A stretch of 63,714 bases of DNA, filler included, from Candidatus Tectimicrobiota bacterium (GTDB lineage: Bacteria > JACPSX01): assembly GCA_016193065.1 (NCBI GenBank). It is 4 parts of 4 records of this genome, joined end to end, with 100 filler letters (N's around TTAATTAATTAA, not from the genome) between each part and the next. Parts side by side here need not be neighbours in the genome. Positions count along the whole stretch, not along the records: positions 59,128 to 63,714 come from JACPSX010000118.1; 3 more parts are not named here. One strand, written 5' to 3'. Both the position numbers and the translations under genes were made by a program. Shown piece after piece: positions 61,322 through 63,714 of this stretch. The notes beneath the pieces were generated by a model. It was not told the DNA's origin. It worked only from the letters and a program-made list of their open reading frames with translations, and searched no databases. The number at the start of each line of letters is the position of its first letter. The first letter of the stretch is position 1.

Positions 61322-62536
61322 ATGGAGAATATCCCAGACCGGGCTTCAAACGTCGTCCGAATCCATCCAGAGTACACCGTAACAGAAGAACCGCCCCTGC
61401 CGCTGGCCCAGATGAATCTCTTTACCGGCGAGGCCGAGCCGGTTCCGATTGAAGTCAGCGGGACAGACGAAGAAGGACGGGAGCGGGTCCTGGAGGAAGG
61501 AATCTCAATGGTCCAGACCCAGGACGGTTCCCAGATTGTCCTCTCCGGGTTTGGGATTTTCCTCTCGAAGAAAAGCGAGCGGCTGATTGTCAGGAGCGGC
61601 AAGAAGTCGATCTATGAGTTTCCGCTCTTTCGGGTGAACGAGGTGGTCGTGGCTTCCCGTGGGGTTTCTCTTTCCTCGGACATCATCGAAGCACTGTGCG
61701 AGCGGGGGATTCGGCTGAGTTTCCTCTCGGGAGGTGGAAGGCCCTATGCGATGGTCACCTCCCCCATGCTGACCGCTACTGTTCTCTCGCGTCGGGAGCA
61801 GATCCTTGCGTTCGCGGATGGCCGCGGGCTTAGCTTCTCCAAGAGAGTGGTGGAAGGAAAGCTCAAGAACCAGGAGAAGCTGTTGCGCTACTTCGGGAAG
61901 TACCTGAAGAAGGCGGATCCGGGGCACTTCGAGAAGGTGGAAGAGACAGCCAATCGTCTCCGGGAAATCCGCAAGAAGGTAGGGCCGATTCAGGGCAAGT
62001 GTGTAGAGGATGCCCGGGGATCTCTTTTGGGGCTGGAAGGGACTGCGGGCCGGCTGTATTGGGAGGCGGTCAAGGAGATCATTGGGGAAAAGGTGGAGTT
62101 CTTCGGACGGGAGCATCGGGGAACGGAGAATGCGGTCAACGCTCTGTTGAACTACGGCTACGGGATTCTCTACGCGCAGGTCTGGGGGGCGGTCCTCAAT
62201 GCAGGCCTGGAGCCGTTCGCGGGTTTCCTGCACGTAGACCGTCCCGGGAAACCTTCCCTGGTGCTTGATCTGGTGGAGGAATTTCGCCAGCCGGTGGTGG
62301 ACCGGGTGGTGATCTCCCATGTCAACCTGGGCCAGGTGATCGGCATGAAAGAGGGGCTTCTGGACGAAGAGACACGGAAAGCCTTTGGGGCGCGGGTCCT
62401 GGAGCGGCTGGAGTCAACCGAGACGGTGGCGGGGAAAAAGTATCAGATCAAATCGATCATCCAGATGCAGGCGCGCCGGCTGTGCCTGCATCTTCGGGGC
62501 GAGAAGGAATATCGACCGTTTACGTTCCAATGGTGA
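61322..62536 (+). CDS. cas1: CRISPR-associated endonuclease Cas1 with N-terminal extension
   Basis: LLGLEGTAGRLYW, NALLNYGY, GFLH, LVLDLVEEFR. Confidence 0.95.
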   Translation: MENIPDRASNVVRIHPEYTVTEEPPLPLAQMNLFTGEAEPVPIEVSGTDEEGRERVLEEGISMVQTQDGSQIVLSGFGIFLSKKSERLIVRSGKKSIYEFPLFRVNEVVVASRGVSLSSDIIEALCERGIRLSFLSGGGRPYAMVTSPMLTATVLSRREQILAFADGRGLSFSKRVVEGKLKNQEKLLRYFGKYLKKADPGHFEKVEETANRLREIRKKVGPIQGKCVEDARGSLLGLEGTAGRLYWEAVKEIIGEKVEFFGREHRGTENAVNALLNYGYGILYAQVWGAVLNAGLEPFAGFLHVDRPGKPSLVLDLVEEFRQPVVDRVVISHVNLGQVIGMKEGLLDEETRKAFGARVLERLESTETVAGKKYQIKSIIQMQARRLCLHLRGEKEYRPFTFQW

Positions 62537-62542
62537 TGAGAG

Positions 62543-62848
62543 ATGGAGGAGCTTCGCACCTACGTCCTCTACGATATCGAAGACGACCGGATCCGGGGCC
62601 GGATCGCCGAGGCCTGTAAAGACTACGGACTCACCCGCATCCAGTACAGCGCCTTTTGCGGCTCCTTGAACCGGAACCGGCGGGGCGAGCTCTACATCCG
62701 GCTGTCGGAGGAATTGGGAGAGAAGGCGGGGAAGATCCTGATCCTTCCGGTCTGCGAGAAGGATGTGAAGGAAGAACGGAAAATTCAAGATCCTGATCCT
62801 TCCGGTCTGCGAGAAGGATGTGAAGGAAGAACGGAAAATTCAAAATGA
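62543..62848 (+). CDS. cas2: CRISPR-associated Cas2 (3' end altered by a 55-bp tandem duplication)
   Basis: YVLYDIEDD, YGLTRIQYSAF. Confidence 0.92.
   Translation: MEELRTYVLYDIEDDRIRGRIAEACKDYGLTRIQYSAFCGSLNRNRRGELYIRLSEELGEKAGKILILPVCEKDVKEERKIQDPDPSGLREGCEGRTENSK
62732..62841. repeat. Exact 55-bp tandem duplication
   Basis: 62732-62786 equals 62787-62841. Confidence 0.92.
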
Positions 62849-63459
62849 GCATGAGGACGACGACGATTCCGACGGAAGTGCCGGTCATTCCGCTGAGGGT
62901 GAATGACCTCAAGCAGTATGTTTACTGCCCCCGGGTGGTCTTCTACCAGTACGTCATGCCGGTGGAGAAGAAGGCCACGTACAAGATGGAGCACGGGAAG
63001 ATTGCCGAGGCCAGGATCGATGAGCTGGAGAAGAGACGGAAGCTGCAACGGTATCACCTGGATCAGGGGCGGCGCCGGTTCCACGTCTGGGTGCAGTCGG
63101 AACGGCTGGGGTTGTCGGGGAAATTGGACATGTTGATCGAGACCGACGAGGCTCTCTATCCGGTGGATTTCAAGTTCACGGAGGGACCGCCCCACCGGAA
63201 CCATGCTCATCAGATCTGCGGGTACGGGTTAATCCTGGAAGATATGCACGGACGGCCGGTGGAGAGGGGGTTTATCTATCTGATTCCCCAGAACAAGGTG
63301 GCGGAAATCCCGATCACGGGGGCACTTCGGCAAGAAACGCTCGACATGATCGAGGCAATTCGTGCTATGATTCAGCGCGAGATGTTCCCCGATCCCACCC
63401 CTTATCGGAACAGGTGCGAGGACTGTGAATACCGGAATTACTGCCGAGATATCTTTTAG
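62845..63459 (+). CDS. cas4: CRISPR-associated exonuclease Cas4
   Basis: QYVYCPR, GKLD...PVDFK, QICGY, CEDCEYRNYC. Confidence 0.93.
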   Translation: MSMRTTTIPTEVPVIPLRVNDLKQYVYCPRVVFYQYVMPVEKKATYKMEHGKIAEARIDELEKRRKLQRYHLDQGRRRFHVWVQSERLGLSGKLDMLIETDEALYPVDFKFTEGPPHRNHAHQICGYGLILEDMHGRPVERGFIYLIPQNKVAEIPITGALRQETLDMIEAIRAMIQREMFPDPTPYRNRCEDCEYRNYCRDIF

Positions 63460-63573
63460 CTTGGGATTTTTACGCAAACCCCCCGGCAATTTGGGCAGGA
63501 AAGGGGGTTGCGTAGAAATTGCGATCAAAGTAAGCTTGAAAGGGTTGTTTCGTGGCGAGTTAGTGGTGCCGTA

Positions 63574-63714
63574 ACAGCGCCTTTTGCGGCTCCTTGAACC
63601 GGAACCGGCGGGGCGAGCTCTACATCCGGCTGTCGGAGGAATTGGGAGAGAAGGCGGGGAAGATCCTGATCCTTCCGGTCTGCGAGAAGGATGTGAAGGA
63701 AGAACGGAAAATTC
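63574..63714. repeat. 141-bp exact copy of the cas2 interior at the window end
   Basis: Identical to 62646-62786. Confidence 0.9.

Noticed and set aside
62646-63714. Repeats near the cas genes as a CRISPR array
   Set aside because: They are exact duplications of cas2 coding sequence with no repeat-spacer periodicity

Overview
This is a concatenation of four bacterial contigs, GC-rich and probably from a MAG. They are joined by 100-nt N-TTAATTAATTAA-N linkers at 7792-7891, 31809-31908 and 59028-59127, so adjacency across linkers is meaningless. Contig A (1-7791) holds the most notable system: a MerR regulator with a classic MerR-type promoter/operator heads a minus-strand run of merR, a UxxC glutaredoxin, a double zinc-ribbon protein with CxxU and two ECF sigma factors. 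Divergent from it lie an OsmC-like gene and a YeeE/YedE gene. The glutaredoxin, zinc-ribbon and OsmC-like genes were missed by the ORF track because each has an in-frame TGA at a Cys position followed by a SECIS-like hairpin; they are probable selenoproteins. Contig A also has a His-rich beta-propeller/cytochrome c/cupredoxin cluster and NarL-type two-component genes. Contig B (7892-31808) carries two arylsulfotransferase-like genes, a radical SAM, tatA, a dual-GAF sigma54 activator and a Psr/Phs-like Mo-enzyme operon with two catalytic subunits. Six promoter regions there share paired GTTAC-N6-GTAAC sites followed by -24/-12 elements. Contig C (31909-59027) carries a RAYT transposase, a mini-RHS toxin/immunity pair, TA cassettes bounded by three copies of one gene's 3' end, a MoxR/VWA operon and scpAB-rluB. 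Contig D (59128-63714) has TA genes and cas1-cas2-cas4 with no visible array. Several internal deletions and duplications look like assembly errors. All family assignments come from motif recognition, not database searches.
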